Of a stretch of DNA of 64,000 nucleotides, positions 26,801 through 41,800 are shown piece after piece. The position numbers and the translations under genes are program-made. Position 1 is the stretch's first letter, and each line of letters starts with the position of its first letter. The notes below the pieces were generated by a model that made no database searches, was not told the origin of the DNA, and saw nothing but the letters and a program-made list of their open reading frames with translations. Source of the DNA: Podarcis cretensis (Eukaryota); contig OX638149.1 of NCBI GenBank assembly GCA_951804945.1, positions 86,428,001 through 86,492,000 of the forward strand, in the 5' to 3' direction.

Positions 26801-29800
26801 AATGGGAGTGCACCTTAGCTTCTTTCTCTTTCATGGCTGGTTCTTGCCTTCCATTCCTCGCTTTACACAAAGGAGGGGGGGCAGAGTGAGAGGAAAGGCT
26901 TAGGATAGTTTAAATTAAATTACAGTGATGATGCAATTAGATGAGCTGTGTATTGTTCATTTAGTTTTCTGGTCCTGGGAAATGTAATTAGCATCAGAGT
27001 AAGTGTCAGATTGTGGACATGCTGCACCTAATAAAAAGTTCTCAGAACAAATTCAAACTCTCTTTAATTGATCTGTGTAACTGAGCTTCAAGAAGTCTAT
27101 AAAAGTATAATAGTGAAGAAGCCAAGTTCAGGAACATATCTTAAACAGCTCTTGTTCTTACTGCAATGTCTTTTTAAGCTTCAAAGATCATTAGTGTGAA
27201 GGGCAGGAGGCAAAAAATACTGTACTACTGATCAAGCAAGGACCAAAGTTCAGTATCCTAATACTGAAATCCTAATATTCAAATCAGGCCTGGCCAATCC
27301 AGAGCTTCATACTGCCTGAAAGTCACATTTGCCAGTTTTTCAGAGCCTTGTTCTCTACTGTGCCTTAAGGTGGTTCTGATTCATCAGCAGATGCAGTCTT
27401 GATTGGCTCAGCCTCAGCCAATGTGATCCCCAGTTCAAGGCTTTATGTTCCTGTGATAGAGTGGGCCCTTGAAGGTCACATGCACCACACAAATTAAATG
27501 GAAATGTAAACAGCTGCTGTCACAGAGTAGACTCCAGTGTGGGGAAACCCCCAGGGCAGCCATACTGCTTTGTTTCCAATAAGTGCATGCCCAGTAGCTG
27601 CCTGCTGAAATGTTGTAACTCCAGAATGGTATTCTGGAGAGCAGTGGCAGCTGGGCTTTGGAACTTGAGTGCTAGAGAATAATAGTTATAGGGGAGGTAC
27701 AAGGAACTGTGCAGGGCACTAAATTCTGACCTTTACAAAGCTCCTGTCTGGCTTTGGGGATCTTACCAAATACTGTCCAAACATTTAAACTTTCCTTGGA
27801 TGCTATAAGGCCTAGAAGCTGACTAGTTTTAAAACAAAAACAAATCATTGAGATTTTCAGAATACAAAATTTCCCACCGCATACCAGAGTTTGCACCTGT
27901 GCAGCAGCTTTACAGAATTTCATGTGGGTGTGCATTTTTATTATGAGTGTTTGAGTTCAGTGACTAAGATACTCTTCTCTTGTTTTCAGATGAGCGGGAA
28001 GCCGTGCAGAAGAAAACCTTCACCAAATGGGTGAATTCCCACCTGGCACGTGTGACCTGTCGCATTTCTGATCTCTACATGGACCTCAGAGATGGAAGGA
28101 TGTTAATCAAACTGCTGGAGGTTCTTTCTGGAGAGCTGCTGGTAGAATTCCCTCTTACTTTCGCTCTTCTATGGAACTAACAGTGCATAAGATACATGAA
28201 TTCTTGCCCTAAGGAAAATAATCATGCTCTTCCTAAGTATACTTTTCGGATTACAAAATTCTTCTTCTGCATAGAAAACAAGGTGCAAATTGTGTGTAGA
28301 GCATCAGGAGTAATGATTGTGGATACAGATTTTTCACAGCATATATTGGTACCGGGAAGCCGTTTTGTGTTTCCAGTTTTGGAATTAGTTTAACCTGTAA
28401 AGTTACTCTAATGCAGGCTGTTTTTCAACAGCCACCCCTTGCGTGCTGTCCTTCATCTTCTCCTTTCAACACATGGCACATTGTAATCTAGATGAGATAA
28501 GATGACCATTGGAGAACAAGATAAATGAAAGATTGTGCTTTGGTGTTGTGGACTGGGTCTCACAAAAGTGAGCTTTGTTCTGGTTCCATGGTTGTATGAT
28601 ATCAGATTTCATATACACATACTATGTTTTGCATTTTTTGCTTTTGAGAACAAAAAGTAGGCTGCACGTTTAAGTAGGTGAGAAGAATTAGTAGGCAACT
28701 TTGTAATATGTAGCTGAAATGTATGTATATTCTGCGTATTTGGAAACCTACCATTTGTCATAATTTTAGCAAAGGTTTAGAGTCTGCGCTATTGAGCAGA
28801 TCCCCTTTTGCTATTGCAAGAATTAGAATTTGTTTCTTAAAAGAGAGTAGATGCAATGTGGGTGTTCTCCCTTCAGGGAATTAGGTGATGGCCGAAAACT
28901 CTTAGAAGTTTAAACACCACCTTTTCCTCACTTCATAGCCCAAACCCACCAAGGGGCGCATGCGGATCCACTGCCTGGAGAATGTGGACAAGGCCCTGCA
29001 GTTTCTCAAGGAGCAACGGGTACACCTGGAGAACATGGGCTCTCACGACATTGTTGATGGCAATCACCGTCTGGTGCTGGGCCTTATCTGGACAATCATC
29101 CTGCGCTTCCAGGTGAGTGCTAGGCCAGATTCCCACAAAAAGACAAAGAGGAGGTTATCAGTAGGATATCATGTTCTGACAGCGGCTATAAACTAGGGTT
29201 TATACATGTTGGCAGATTACTATTTGGGGTTTTCATATCCACACTCTTGCTTGTCTAGGGTTGCAATATTTCCGAAAGTGAAAATCTGAACAGAAAAGTT
29301 TTTTTAGTTTTGCCCAAAGTTGATGAACTTTTTTTTTTGCAAAATCAGTAAAAAAATGAAACAAATGATATTTCTGAGCTATTTTTAAGGGAAATCGGCA
29401 AAAACAACACTGCTGACATTGGTTGCCATACGTTCGGATTTCCCCGGACTGTATTCTAGGAATGTCCAGGAAATTCCAGACATATGCCAACCCTATGCTT
29501 GTCATATGCTGAGAAGTAATTCTTCCAGGCTGGAGCAAGTTGCCAGCGTAGAGTTTTTATAGAATGGATGAAGCCATGTCTTTTATTGTATGTTAATAAA
29601 TGTTGCTCCATTGAATTGTAGCCATTAGCACTTGACTTTTCACGCCACTAAAGGACACAAAGAAAGCAGAGAAATAAGCAGGGAGATCTTGCCACCCAGG
29701 GATGGGAAAGTCTGCTATGAGGCTTGGAGGAAGAAAGAGCAAGCATACTCCTGAACTCTTGAACTCCCAAAGCATGAAATTCCTCTCTCTCTCTCTCTTA

Positions 29801-32800
29801 TAAAAGCAGCATCCACATCACTGTCAAAAGCCCTGTTTATGGTTTCCCCCAGCTCCACTGGAAGGTTTCAGTGCAACTCTCAATGACAATTTCTTCAAGG
29901 ATGAAATGTTGCTTCCATAGTATTGTAACTTCTGCTGCATCGACCATTGTGCCAGAAATAAGGCTGTCCCATAATCTGAGTATTTGTGCTAGAATTGCTC
30001 TCAGGTGTCATTTTAGGCTGGATCATGTCTATTTGTTCTGGGGCTTGTGCAAACAAGTTACACATACAACTGCTTCTGTGGGCAGCAGCTAATCCCCCTT
30101 TGGTTGTACTAATCTGACCCATTGTGATATGAAAGGATGCTGGTGGTTTTCAAAGCAGTTCAAGTGTAAGCCTTTTTGGAGCAAGACTGTGCCTTTCTGC
30201 ACTGTCCAGCACAAAAGCCGACATGCGGCAGTTTATACTTAGCAATGTTAATAATACCCTAGCTGAGAATCCATCTTTTTTTTTAACGCTGCAAATAAGA
30301 TGTCAGGAGAAGAATGAAATGTTTGGTATGTTTGCAACTCATTCAGTGCAAACCTATGCATGTTTACTCAGAAGTAAGTCTCACTGTGTTTATTGGGGCT
30401 ACATAGGATTGCAGCCTGAATCACTGGGAGACCAGTGACTGAGGGTAGGGTGGGGTTTTTCTTCTTACCAGAAATAGGCGCCCTGAAGTGTGCCTGTCTT
30501 ACAGTTTTACATTGTATTATAACATTTATATTGGATTTTCAACTTTACGTTATAAATAATTTTGAGAATTTAACTTTAGTGTGCGGTGGTGGATAATCTA
30601 ACCACTCTTATGTGATGCGTCAGATGTGCAGAAACAGCCAGATCCTGAACTTCCCCTTGCCATCCTGTCAGGCATGGTCCCTTGGAGTCTTTTTAGTGGG
30701 AGGTGATCTCTAAATGGCCAGCGGTAGACAGCATGGTGGTTAGATCCTTATGAATAAGGGTAGGGTCTAGATCAGTGTCTTAATGACAGAAGGGCCAAAG
30801 CTGGGCTTGGATTCAGAGGTTGACTAATAATTTTGGAAATGACATCAGAAATATTTTGCCAAAAAGCTTGTCACACTCCCACCCTAAATGTATAAAGCTC
30901 CCTCTCTTGTTACGGCCCCACCAACACTGGGATGAAGTCGCAAAGGTGATGCGAGAGAGCTTGACCAGAGTCCAGTGCCAGCAGAGCACTACCTCCAGCA
31001 TTGCCTCCTGGACTTTGGCCAAAATGGTCTTTATAGGAGGCTTTGCCCATATGTTACTCCAGGAGTCTTCATATAGTGTTGAGCCTGGGTCGTATTCTCA
31101 TGCCTAGTGCAGTCCATCTGCATTTCCCATCTTGCAGTCAATCAGCAGTTTATAAATAAAAGAAACAGAACCCTTTGAGTACGAAGCAGAATGTTCAAAA
31201 ACCCTGTTGAAGCACAGACTAGTCACTTCCTTGAATAACCTTTTAAGGAACGTCCTAATCTGTAACGACTTAAGCCAGGAGTGTTTAACACCCTGAAACT
31301 TGTCATGTAAGACATTCCTTGTATAGGTCTCCCTCTAGTCATTAAATCTCTAATTTTGTACAACCCTTTTTCCTTCCACCCCTGATATGGAGCATATGTA
31401 TCTTGAAAGTGGAAAGCAGGGTGATTAAGAAAAGCTAATAAGGGGGAGTCCCTGGAACAAATAATAGTGTTCAAGGTGGAGTGGAAATGGTGCTATGCAA
31501 AGTACACTTTGGAATGGCAATATTGTTCAATAGAAGAGGCATCATAATCCATTTACAGTGCAAATTCAGCAGATTCCCCCTTCCCCATGTTGTAATGATG
31601 CGAAACGACTGTTACCTTTGCTAAGTTGTGTGTGCTGAGAACCTGAGATGCACATACTAATACACAAAGCATCTGTAGTGATAGGCCTTTAGAGTGGAAT
31701 ATTTTTTATTTCAATTTAGATCCAGGACATCATTGTTCAGACTCAAGAAGGCCGGGAAACCCGTTCCGCGAAGGATGCATTGTTACTCTGGTGTCAAATG
31801 AAAACTGCTGGGTATGATGACTGCTAATATTTCCAACTCAGTGAATGCACGGTAAACCAGTTGGCTTAAGCCTGCAGAACCAGCTAGGGAAACCTGGATG
31901 GGACCATGAAGTTGGGCCATGTTCCTACTCAGTTCTTACCAGTGATATAACTAAAACTCTCCATCAAAGTATACCACAAAGGACAGAGATCTTTCAGGGC
32001 TATGTCATAAGGTTGTTTTAAAATGGGACATATGACTGTTTTTATAATTGTCCTCATAATCTTCTCCTTTGTGCCACAACGGCCCCGTTCTCTGTAAAGA
32101 ATCCAAGCACAGCTTCTCTCCCCTCTGCCACCATTACCTTGGTATCTTTCGCTTTTCAGGAAGGCTTAGGCCTTGTAATTGATTCCCTATATTTTTGAAG
32201 GAATCTCTTTTGGATTGTCCTATGTTTGGGACAAGGTGAAAATATTTAAAGTGTCTTCCAACATTGCACTTTGGTGGGTATACAAATGCTCGCAGTGGAG
32301 AGGAGCAAGAATTCCAGGCAGGGCATCTCTGGGGGCCTGTTCTTCCAGCTCTATCTGTAATGTAGCCACTGCACATGCTGACGTTTTGTTTCAAGTGCCA
32401 TGAACTGAGTCATTTGTGGGTAGACTGATAATGCATGGAGAACTCTCTAGAGGGCTTTTTCATTTATCACTTTATATGCTTGAAAATCTACTTCAGGAGG
32501 GTGCAAAAAGCCCAAGCATCCCATGATATGTTAACCTTGACATGACTATCTCAGCGCAGATGAAACTAGGAGCCAGAACATTTCCATTTTCACAGTGAGG
32601 AGAATCAATTGCAGGAGTAGCCCCTCTGATCCTCATCATTATTATTTTGTTTTAAAATGGGAAATCTGCTTCCAATATGATTAACGGAGGATATATATTT
32701 GTGTATTTTTGGAGTGCATAGAAGGAAGTAGCTAGAAAGGATGGAAACAGCCTGTGGGCCACAGTCAGCATTCCCCCAACCCAGTGCCCTTCAGATATTC

Positions 32801-35800
32801 TGAGCTACAACTCCCATTATCCCTAGCTATGTTGGTTGGGGCTAATGGGAGTTACAGTCAAAAGCAAGCAGAAGGCACCAGGTTAAGGAAGGCTGAGCTT
32901 GTCCATCCCATGGAATGCTAATTGGTCTTTGCTGGTCTTAAAGCAGAATTCAGGAGCTACCAACATGGTGCCTTCCAGAAGTTGTTGGACTACAACTCCC
33001 ATTATACCTGACCATTGGCCATGCTAACTGGTGCTGATGGGAACTGGAGTCCAACAACACCCGAAGGTAACCATGTTGGCTACCCAAAACCTGGATGATC
33101 AGAATTGTCCATCCAGACCAAACATTCTTCTTTTTATGGAGCAGCACCTGCACTTTGAAATGCAAACTGTGCCTGCTAGCATTTCTCACATCTGCCTTTT
33201 AATTAAAAGTTAATTCTGGTGTTTTCCAAAGTACAAGATGTGGCTCGAAAATGTAACTTGTGCCAATCGAATTGTGCATCGGTTGTTTTCTCTTTTAGAG
33301 AAAAGCTTTTCCTCATATAAAATAAGGTCTGTAATTGGATTACCGTTTTGTAATCTCTTGGACTGAATTATAAATCCTTTTGTCTTCCCTGTTATTTCCC
33401 TTTGTAACGCAGCTATCCCCATGTTAACGTCACCAATTTTACATCCAGCTGGAAGGATGGCTTGGCATTCAATGCCCTTATTCACAAGCACAGGTAAGGT
33501 CTGGGGAAAAGCCCTTCAGAGAACTTAAGTGCAGTGGGTTGATGGACACCTGAATGTTTTGCTGGTGTTCCTGAGCTAGCCTAGTAATGATGAGTCTATG
33601 TGCACACATTTGGCCTCATCTTTCCTCCATGAACTCTGCCTCATTCCCTCCACTAGTCTGCTATAAGTCTCAGTTATCATTCTTGCTATTTGGAGGTGAG
33701 TGCCATTTCTTATGTGTCCAAAACGTCATGATCCATGAACACAAAAGAATGAGGCCAATGAGGACTGAGCATGCCCAGCAGTTGTGGAATGCTGAAATAG
33801 ACTTGTATTCAACCAACTTTTTACTCAGAGTAGATCCATTGAAATGAAAAGTCCTAGGTTATTCATGGCCATGAATTCCCATGGGTCTATTCTGAATAAA
33901 AGTTAGTTGAATATAACTCTGAATGTTGGGGAGGAGGGAGATATTGTGTGTGAGGAGGAACAAAATGGAGTATCTCACTGACAGAGACACCGAAGAGGAG
34001 CAGACCACACTGCAGCATTTTGTTGCAAGCCTCACTGGTAAACTTAGCTTTCACTTCCTTTTGCATGGTCAAGTTGGCCTACCATACTGCGTGCTTTAAC
34101 TTTCCCACTGTCCTCTTAATTTTTAGGCCTGACTTGATTGACTTTGAAAAGCTGAAGCACTCGAATGCCAGGCACAACTTGGAGCATGCTTTCATTGTGG
34201 CGGAACGGCAACTTGGCATCACCCAGCTTCTTGACCCAGAAGGTGAGTTTGTTTGGCTCTGTGCCTGCCCTTTTTAAATTGAGAATTGAGCTGACGAGGC
34301 AGATGAGAATTATACAGAAGAAGTGTCCGTAAGTGCTGAGGAAATGGTGGTTCACCTGAGGAAGCCTCTGAATTGGCTGCAGAATGTCTGACTATAGAAT
34401 ATCATGAAGTTATGTATACATAAAGGTGGATGCAAAGCTCTGAGGTTATTTTTGCAGCTGTAAGCTCTCTCACAGCACAGTCCACCAGAAAGCTCTTCTG
34501 TTGCTGCATTGCTCTGAAATGAAAGGGAGTTACAGGGAGAGCTCAGTCAGCAGAGCATGGGACTCATCATCTCAGTGTCGTGGGTTCATGTCCCATGTTG
34601 GGCCAAAGATTCCTGCCTTGCAGAGGAGTGAACTTAAACAACCCTCATGGTCCCTCCCAACTCCATGATTCCTTGATTCTAAATCTTTCTGTATTCTTGT
34701 GCATGCATTTTTTAATCAGAGCCTTTGATGCTGTATTTTTAGTCTGCTGTTCCTGATCATGGGTTTTATTATGATGTGTTATGTGTGTTTTGTTGTTCAG
34801 ATTGTTTTCCTTCTTTCCTATATTTTTTTATTTATGTGCCACATTCAGTCTGATTTTTTTTATAATAGAAAGGAAAACTATAAAGTCCAAAATTTAAGCC
34901 CTGCACATAGACACAAATCAGCCATGCTGCATGCAGTATGAAAAAGTTCTTTGTGGAAGTCATTCTTCCAGTTGTGCTCCATGAATGTTTTTCTGTAAAG
35001 CCAGCATAGCTAATGGTTAGGAGTGATGGGAGTTGTAGTCCCAACAGCAGAGAGGACCACAGATTCCTCCTGGTTTGACAGCTGTGGAGTGCATTAAAAA
35101 AAACCATCCCATTAGCACTAGTCACAACTTTGGCGGTTTAGGCCTTGGGCGGAATCCTATAGTCTTCATCCACTTGGGTGGCGGTGGAGGTGAAGTAGTT
35201 CTCTGCAGCAGCTATAACAGGATACCCCGTTAGAGGGGTCTGGAAGGAAGTCTCTGTCCAAAGAGCCAGTTGCATAGGGCCAGTGGGCCATAAAGCTTCC
35301 CTTGGCGTTGGAGGACCATCCACGTAAACCTGCATTTTGCAATGGATCCATCCCCCGAATAGACTCTGTCATTCCTCAGTTCCCCAGCGTGGGAGCTGGG
35401 AGGGATACATGCCCAATGCCTATGCCAAGGCTTCCTATGTCTGAATTCAACAAAGTTCCATCCATATTAAATCCCAGACCGTTGCTGTGTCCATTCATTT
35501 CCCCTCCTTAGCAGTTAGGTGTGCCAGATGGGTGGACTCTGTGCCAGGCACGCAATGCAAAATTCTTCCACAATAAGTTTCTCCTACAAGGATGGGCAGT
35601 GTCTTTGTTGTTGTGGTGGTGGTGGTGGTGGTGTGTGTTTTAAAAAAAGAATTACTTTGTAATAAAGAATTGGGGAAAATGTCCCCCCTGTGTAGCCAGG
35701 AGATGGGTGGGTAGGGGAAGAAGTGAAGATCTTCCTGGGACTGGTCCAGGCGGTCTATCAAGTGACAGAAGTGGAGTGGGTGCAATGAAGCTGAGTGTTA

Positions 35801-38800
35801 GCTCAGTTGCAATCTGAGTAGGCTGTGGAGTTCTCTTGCTGTGAAGAGTGAGGTGTGTGTATCTGAGTGTGCTGTGTTGCTTTCAAGGGGTGGGGGTGGC
35901 AGATACACACACAAAGCTCTTGGGCACAGTGCAGAGCTCTCTTGGCATTCTGTTTTCTATTCAGATGTCTTCACGGAGAACCCGGATGAGAAATCCATCA
36001 TCACCTACGTAGTTGCTTTCTACCACTACTTCTCCAAGATGAAGGTGCTTGCTGTGGAGGGGAAGAGAGTTGGAAAGGTAAGGGCATGGTCACATAATAC
36101 CACCGTAGAGCAGGCAAGTCCCCTTTCTGCCCACAGAAAACAGTTTCTTTACTAATTCCTTACTAAGCCATAATGACTGATATGGCCAGTAATTTGCTGC
36201 AATGGCAGCCCTGCCGCCTCTCAACCTCCTCTTCTGCTATGCTGGCTTTCTTCACATATAGGCTAGTCCGTTTAATAGCTCTTCTTTGCAGCTATTCTAG
36301 TTTGAACTTGTTATTACTGAATACAAACAATATTGGATTATTGTTTATTTGACATAGCCACCCCTTTCCACAAAAAATGCCTCTAAACTACTTAAAAATC
36401 CATTAAATACACAAAAGCATTACAATAATTTAAAAACAAATGTATAGAGAATACCCCATTCCGCTTTACTCTTTGATTCCCAGAATGCAGCTGATTTACT
36501 CAAGCCACTGAGAACTGAGGTAGCCCCTATCATCATATATAGACCCAGCTTGGTTCTGTTAGTATCTTGGTTAGGCCCTAACTGCCAGAGGTTGTGGAAA
36601 CTTCTGACAGAAAAATAACTGTGAGGGGTGAGAGACAATCTGTTAACTACCAGGGAGTGGTTTTTCCCATGTGCCTTGCCCCGTCCTCAAACCCTAGGAG
36701 TCTTCATAAGGGAGTAGTATAAGATAAATAAGTTTGTGTGTGATAACTCAGTTTTAGTTCCTCTGCCTTAACATTTGGTGGCATCTTGCTATTCTCACAC
36801 TTCCTTTTACAGCTGGACAGGTGGTTCTTGTTAATCTTCCCTGACAGGCCTGAGACTTCCAGAATTGAGACTTCCCAGAATTTCTAACGTCAGACTTGTT
36901 GACAGTGCAGAAGATTCCCATATGCAGGATCTGTAGGTTGACAACGGGCTTGACATATTTCCTCGAGCAGCAGGTGCCAGGGGAGCAACACTTTGTTTAT
37001 TCCTTTCCTCAGGTAATGGACCATGCGATGGAGACTGAGAAAATGATCGATAAGTACAGTGGACTGGCTTCAGACCTGCTGACGTGGATAGAACAGACCA
37101 TTACCATTCTCAACAGCCGCAAGTTTGCTAATTCTCTGGCAGGCGTGCAGCAGCAGCTCCAGTCCTTCAGTACATACCGCACAGTGGAAAAACCGCCCAA
37201 GTAAGCACCTGTCAACTGGAAGGAGGATGCCCCCCCCCACTTTTTGCTGATGTTTACCATTCCCCCCCCCCAGTAGCTTAAACTGTGCCCATCTGCATTG
37301 TGACTCATTCGGTTGTGATCTGAGGCTTTCTGTGCAGATTGGGACATCGTGATGATGATAATGATACTGTAACAAATAACAGTGAGGAGCCAAGCTGAAG
37401 GAGAACAAGGCAGTTGATGTACCCTGAATTGCATTTTGTTACAATGCCAAAATAAAATTGCAGTTTCAGTGGGTTCTTTTGGTGCAGTTCTGCTGCCTTC
37501 CTTCTTTCAAACAGGAGGAATTTGGCAAATGTTGCTTTGTGAATGCCTAGCGATCCCTTGACCTTGAGTTTCAAAGAGAGGAAAAGGAAAAATGCCTTCC
37601 TCTCTATAACTGTTAACCAAGGGTTTCTAAACATAAAGATGACAACTTGATGGTAGCTTGAAAAAGATACCACGTAGTGCTGGTGTTATGTTTTAGAGGC
37701 TACAATCCCAAAGAAGCTATTGCATATGTGTAGGTTTGAATCAACCCCAAATAGCTATAAGGTGTTTGTGTTCCAGTTTTTTAAAAGAACTTTTGTCACC
37801 ATCATTCTTTTAAATTTATTTTTATTTATTATTTATCTGCATGCAAATTGCAATAACTGCCCTAAACGCTGATAAGTTAGACTTCTGGATAGATGATTAG
37901 TTTATTTCACTGCTTTTTACCATTAAGCTTCTATGGCCTGAGCTCAGAACACACTGTATTTCAGTGACTCTAATAGACATTGCTTGTGTTGCTCATTGTG
38001 AATTCTTCACCTAAAAGTATGTTTTCTCATTTTTGCTGTGTTCTTTGGCAGGTTTCAGGAGAAGGGGAACCTGGAAGTCCTGCTGTTTACCATCCAGTCA
38101 AGAATGCGAGCCAATAATCAGAAAGTGTATACGCCTCACGAAGGAAAATTAGTGTCTGACATCAACAGGGTACCTCATGCAGTCCCTTGAAATGGTTAAC
38201 AGAAATGTGATAGATTGAGAATTTCAGTGTTAGGACTTTTCTTCTAGAACTTTTAAAAATTCTTGTTTAATTACTTTAGCTGTTTGGGAAAGGGCCTTAG
38301 GTTAGTAACAGGGCACATAATTTGGACTCATAACATCCATGGTTCAATCCCTACTACTGCATGGCAAAAAAATGATACAGCAAGATTGGAGAGGTGATCA
38401 GCAGCTAATGTCGAAACCAAGGAGGAAGCTACAGGGACAGCTGGATGTGATCCCACACCACAAGCTGAATACGTTTCCCTTCAAGTACCTTAGATCTGCT
38501 TTGTACAATACTTTTCCTATTCATTCTAGCAACACTGAATAAATGCTCACATGGACAATCACATGGACAATTTTCACATATATAGTCTGCAGCACTTTCC
38601 ATGAGTGTAGTTTTTTTTTGGGGGGGGGGAGTTTTGCTGGGACCATATGAGTTGTTACCAACTAGGATGTGTTATTGTTCAGTTTGCCACACTGTGTGTG
38701 TGTGTGTTCACATGAGCAGGTGCCTGGAAAAAAACCAGGGCTACTTGCATATACAAGAAAAGTGTTGTGAGAACAATCCCTTAGAGAAAAATACAAGGAG

Positions 38801-41800
38801 GAACAATAGCTCTTTTATCTGGCCAAGCAACATTTTGCTGATGTGAGGTTGGTTAGCGCAGCCCGTATAAGAATGGAATTCTTTGTAGAATGTGCCACGC
38901 GGCATTACATAGGAATTGCTGCGGCCTCTTGATTGTATATTCTGTACCTGCATACTGAATTCTCGTTCTCCTGTGTGCACACATTTGCACAGGCCTGGGA
39001 GAAGCTGGAGAAGGCGGAGCATGAACGGGAGCTGGCGCTGAGAAACGAGCTTATTAGGCAGGAGAAGCTGGAGCAGCTCGCCCGGCGCTTTGATCGCAAG
39101 GCAGCAATGCGGGAGACGTGGCTTAATGAAAACCAGCGCCTTGTTGCACAGGTAATGTGTGGCTTCAGGGATTGTGCTGGCTCCAGTCTCTGATCTGCCT
39201 GGTGGCATCAGAAACAGCAAGGGATGTTGGGGGGACACAAGCATTCTGTTGGCACCAGCTTAAAATGGTACCCAGATCCCTTCTGGGGAATTTGGCACGC
39301 CCACCCCCCGTTACCTTCTGTTCTATAGCATGCACAAGAAAAGGCAACGTGTTGCCACACAGTTGCTAACCAAAGGCGAATTTAATTTGGGCAGGATAAT
39401 TTTGGAAATGACTTGCCAGCTGTGGAGGCAGCAAAGAAGAAGCATGAAGCCATTGAAACCGATACAGCAGCCTACAAGGAACGGGTCCAGGCCATAGAGG
39501 AGGTGGCCAAGGAACTGGAGATGGAGAACTACCACGACATCAAGCGCATCAATGCTCGCAAGGACAACATCCTGCGGCTCTGGGAGTACCTGCTGGAGTT
39601 GCTGCAGGCCCGGCGGCGGCGGCTGGAGATGAACCTTAAGCTGCAGCAGCTGTTCCAAGACATGCTACACAGTATTGACTGGATAGATGAGATGAAAGTA
39701 AGGAAGGGCTTGGGTGGAATACTGCAGGTTGATAGAAAGAAGCCATCAAATTGAGGTGGAGGCTCATCCTGTGCTCCCATTGCCTGCCATTTTCCCAAGA
39801 CAGATCATCTTTCCAAGTGACTTCCCCCTGCACGCCCCCCCCCCCCCGTTCAAAATGCAGCATTATAAACCCTAGGGAGGCAAGCTTTGTGTGGTAATTT
39901 GGAATGAAGAACTGGCAGGCAGGAAAAGGATTAAGCTTTATTTCTGCTACTTTTCTGCTCAAAATCAATTCATTCTGAAGCTGCTTTTCTTAAAATAACA
40001 ATCGCCATCAGGCTGCGCTACATGTGGTTGTACATAATGTGTAGCCTGCCCCTAGCAGAGGCAGAGAAAAGGGTACATTCTTCCTTTGTGCTTCTATAGG
40101 CTAAGCTCCTGTCTCCTGAATTTGGGAAGCACCTGTTGGAAGTGGAATACCTTCTTCAGAAGCATAAACTGATGGAGGCGGACATGGTCATCCAGGCTGA
40201 GAAGGTTCGTGATGTCAGTGCAGCTGCCCTTAGATTTGCCAACGGAGATGGTAGGTGTTTGTTTTCCAAGAAGAATTTTATGACTTCCGTGAGTGAGTGA
40301 GTGAGTGAGTGAGTGAATGATGAATGATAATTTCTGAGTTGAGAAGCCCTAAGTATAAACGGGGAAGGAGTGAGGGGAGACCATCTGTATCCTTGCCTCT
40401 TCCTTTTAAAAAATGGTTTAAGGAAAATGCCTCTGTCCACTTAGAATCAGAGAGTTGGAAGGGACCCTGAGGGTTGTCTTCTCCAACCCGCTGCAATGCA
40501 GGAGTCTTTTGCCCAACATGGGGCTCAAACCTGTGACCCTGAAATTATGAGTCTCATGTTCTGCCAATGGAGCTATCCAAGTCATCTCCTGTTCCACCTT
40601 AAATTGACTGAATTTATAGTAAAACGGGTCCAGGGTGCACAAATTAATTCATAAGTAGGGCCTTTAAGTTCAGCTAGAATCTATAGCACTTGTTGCCTTT
40701 AAAACTGCTGGGTCCTGGGGTTTCAGGCGGCTACCTCTTGGGCCTAGCTGGTGCGATAGTAGAAAGAAGGATTGGGAGGTGGAGTCTGGATGATATTGGA
40801 GGCTTTTCCAGATAATGATTTTCAGTGCAAGAATTGCACAGTTGTTGCTTATTTGTTGTACTGCTTCCCATTGTCTTCCCTCAAAAGATGTGCTTCTCTT
40901 TAGGGAATATTACATTTACTCAGGATGTGAATGTCAATGTATTGTGTGTGGCAGAAATGCAATTCTCACCTCTACTGGTTGACTAGTGTGGGTGGGAGTG
41001 CTGACTGAAATGTGGGTATGTGCTAGTACCCCAGCAGTATTTGATACAAATACAAATAGTATTTGTGACTGGGGATGGGGAAGAAAACTGATTCAGTTCA
41101 TGTTTAAAAGTGAACCTACAGAATTCATACTATAGGCAAGCTGAAGTGTAGCCATCCTTTAGAATTCTAACTTTTCCCAATTTTGCAAGGCAGTTCTTCA
41201 GCCAAGTACTTAGTAAAAAAAGGGTTTTTTAAAAAATGCATGCACTAGGGCAAAACGTGCACGAAAATGCATGTATTGGTGAAAATAACATACAAAAATG
41301 CATTTTATTAGGGAACATGGCTTTGTAAATATGTGCACAATAAGCAAATATGTTATCTGCTAGGAGAAATTCACACTAAAATGCTGATGAGTTTTTCGCA
41401 AAGTGTTTGGAAATTTGTAGAACTGAACTTAGAAGGGAAAAAAATGAAAAACTGAGAGAAACCAAAACTGATAAATTCATCTGTCTCTGTTTGTTGAGTG
41501 CCACTAAGGAAGAATGACATAGTTCCTACACTCTAGATCTATGTGCCATTTTTTAAAAGTCCACTTTAAACTATTTAGAGTCTGTCCACTGTGCATCTAA
41601 AGCTTGCAAGCACTCATGTAACCTTTTAAAATAAATTTCAGTAGCAAGTTCCATCAGAGCCACTTTCTCCACTCAGACCTGTACTCCACCATTTCAAGCG
41701 ACAATTCCTTTTTCTGTTTCCTTTTTATTTTTGGGATGGTGTCCATTGTCCTTCTGAAGCTCTGCAAAGCACATATCTCTGCTTTTGCTTTTTTGTCAGA

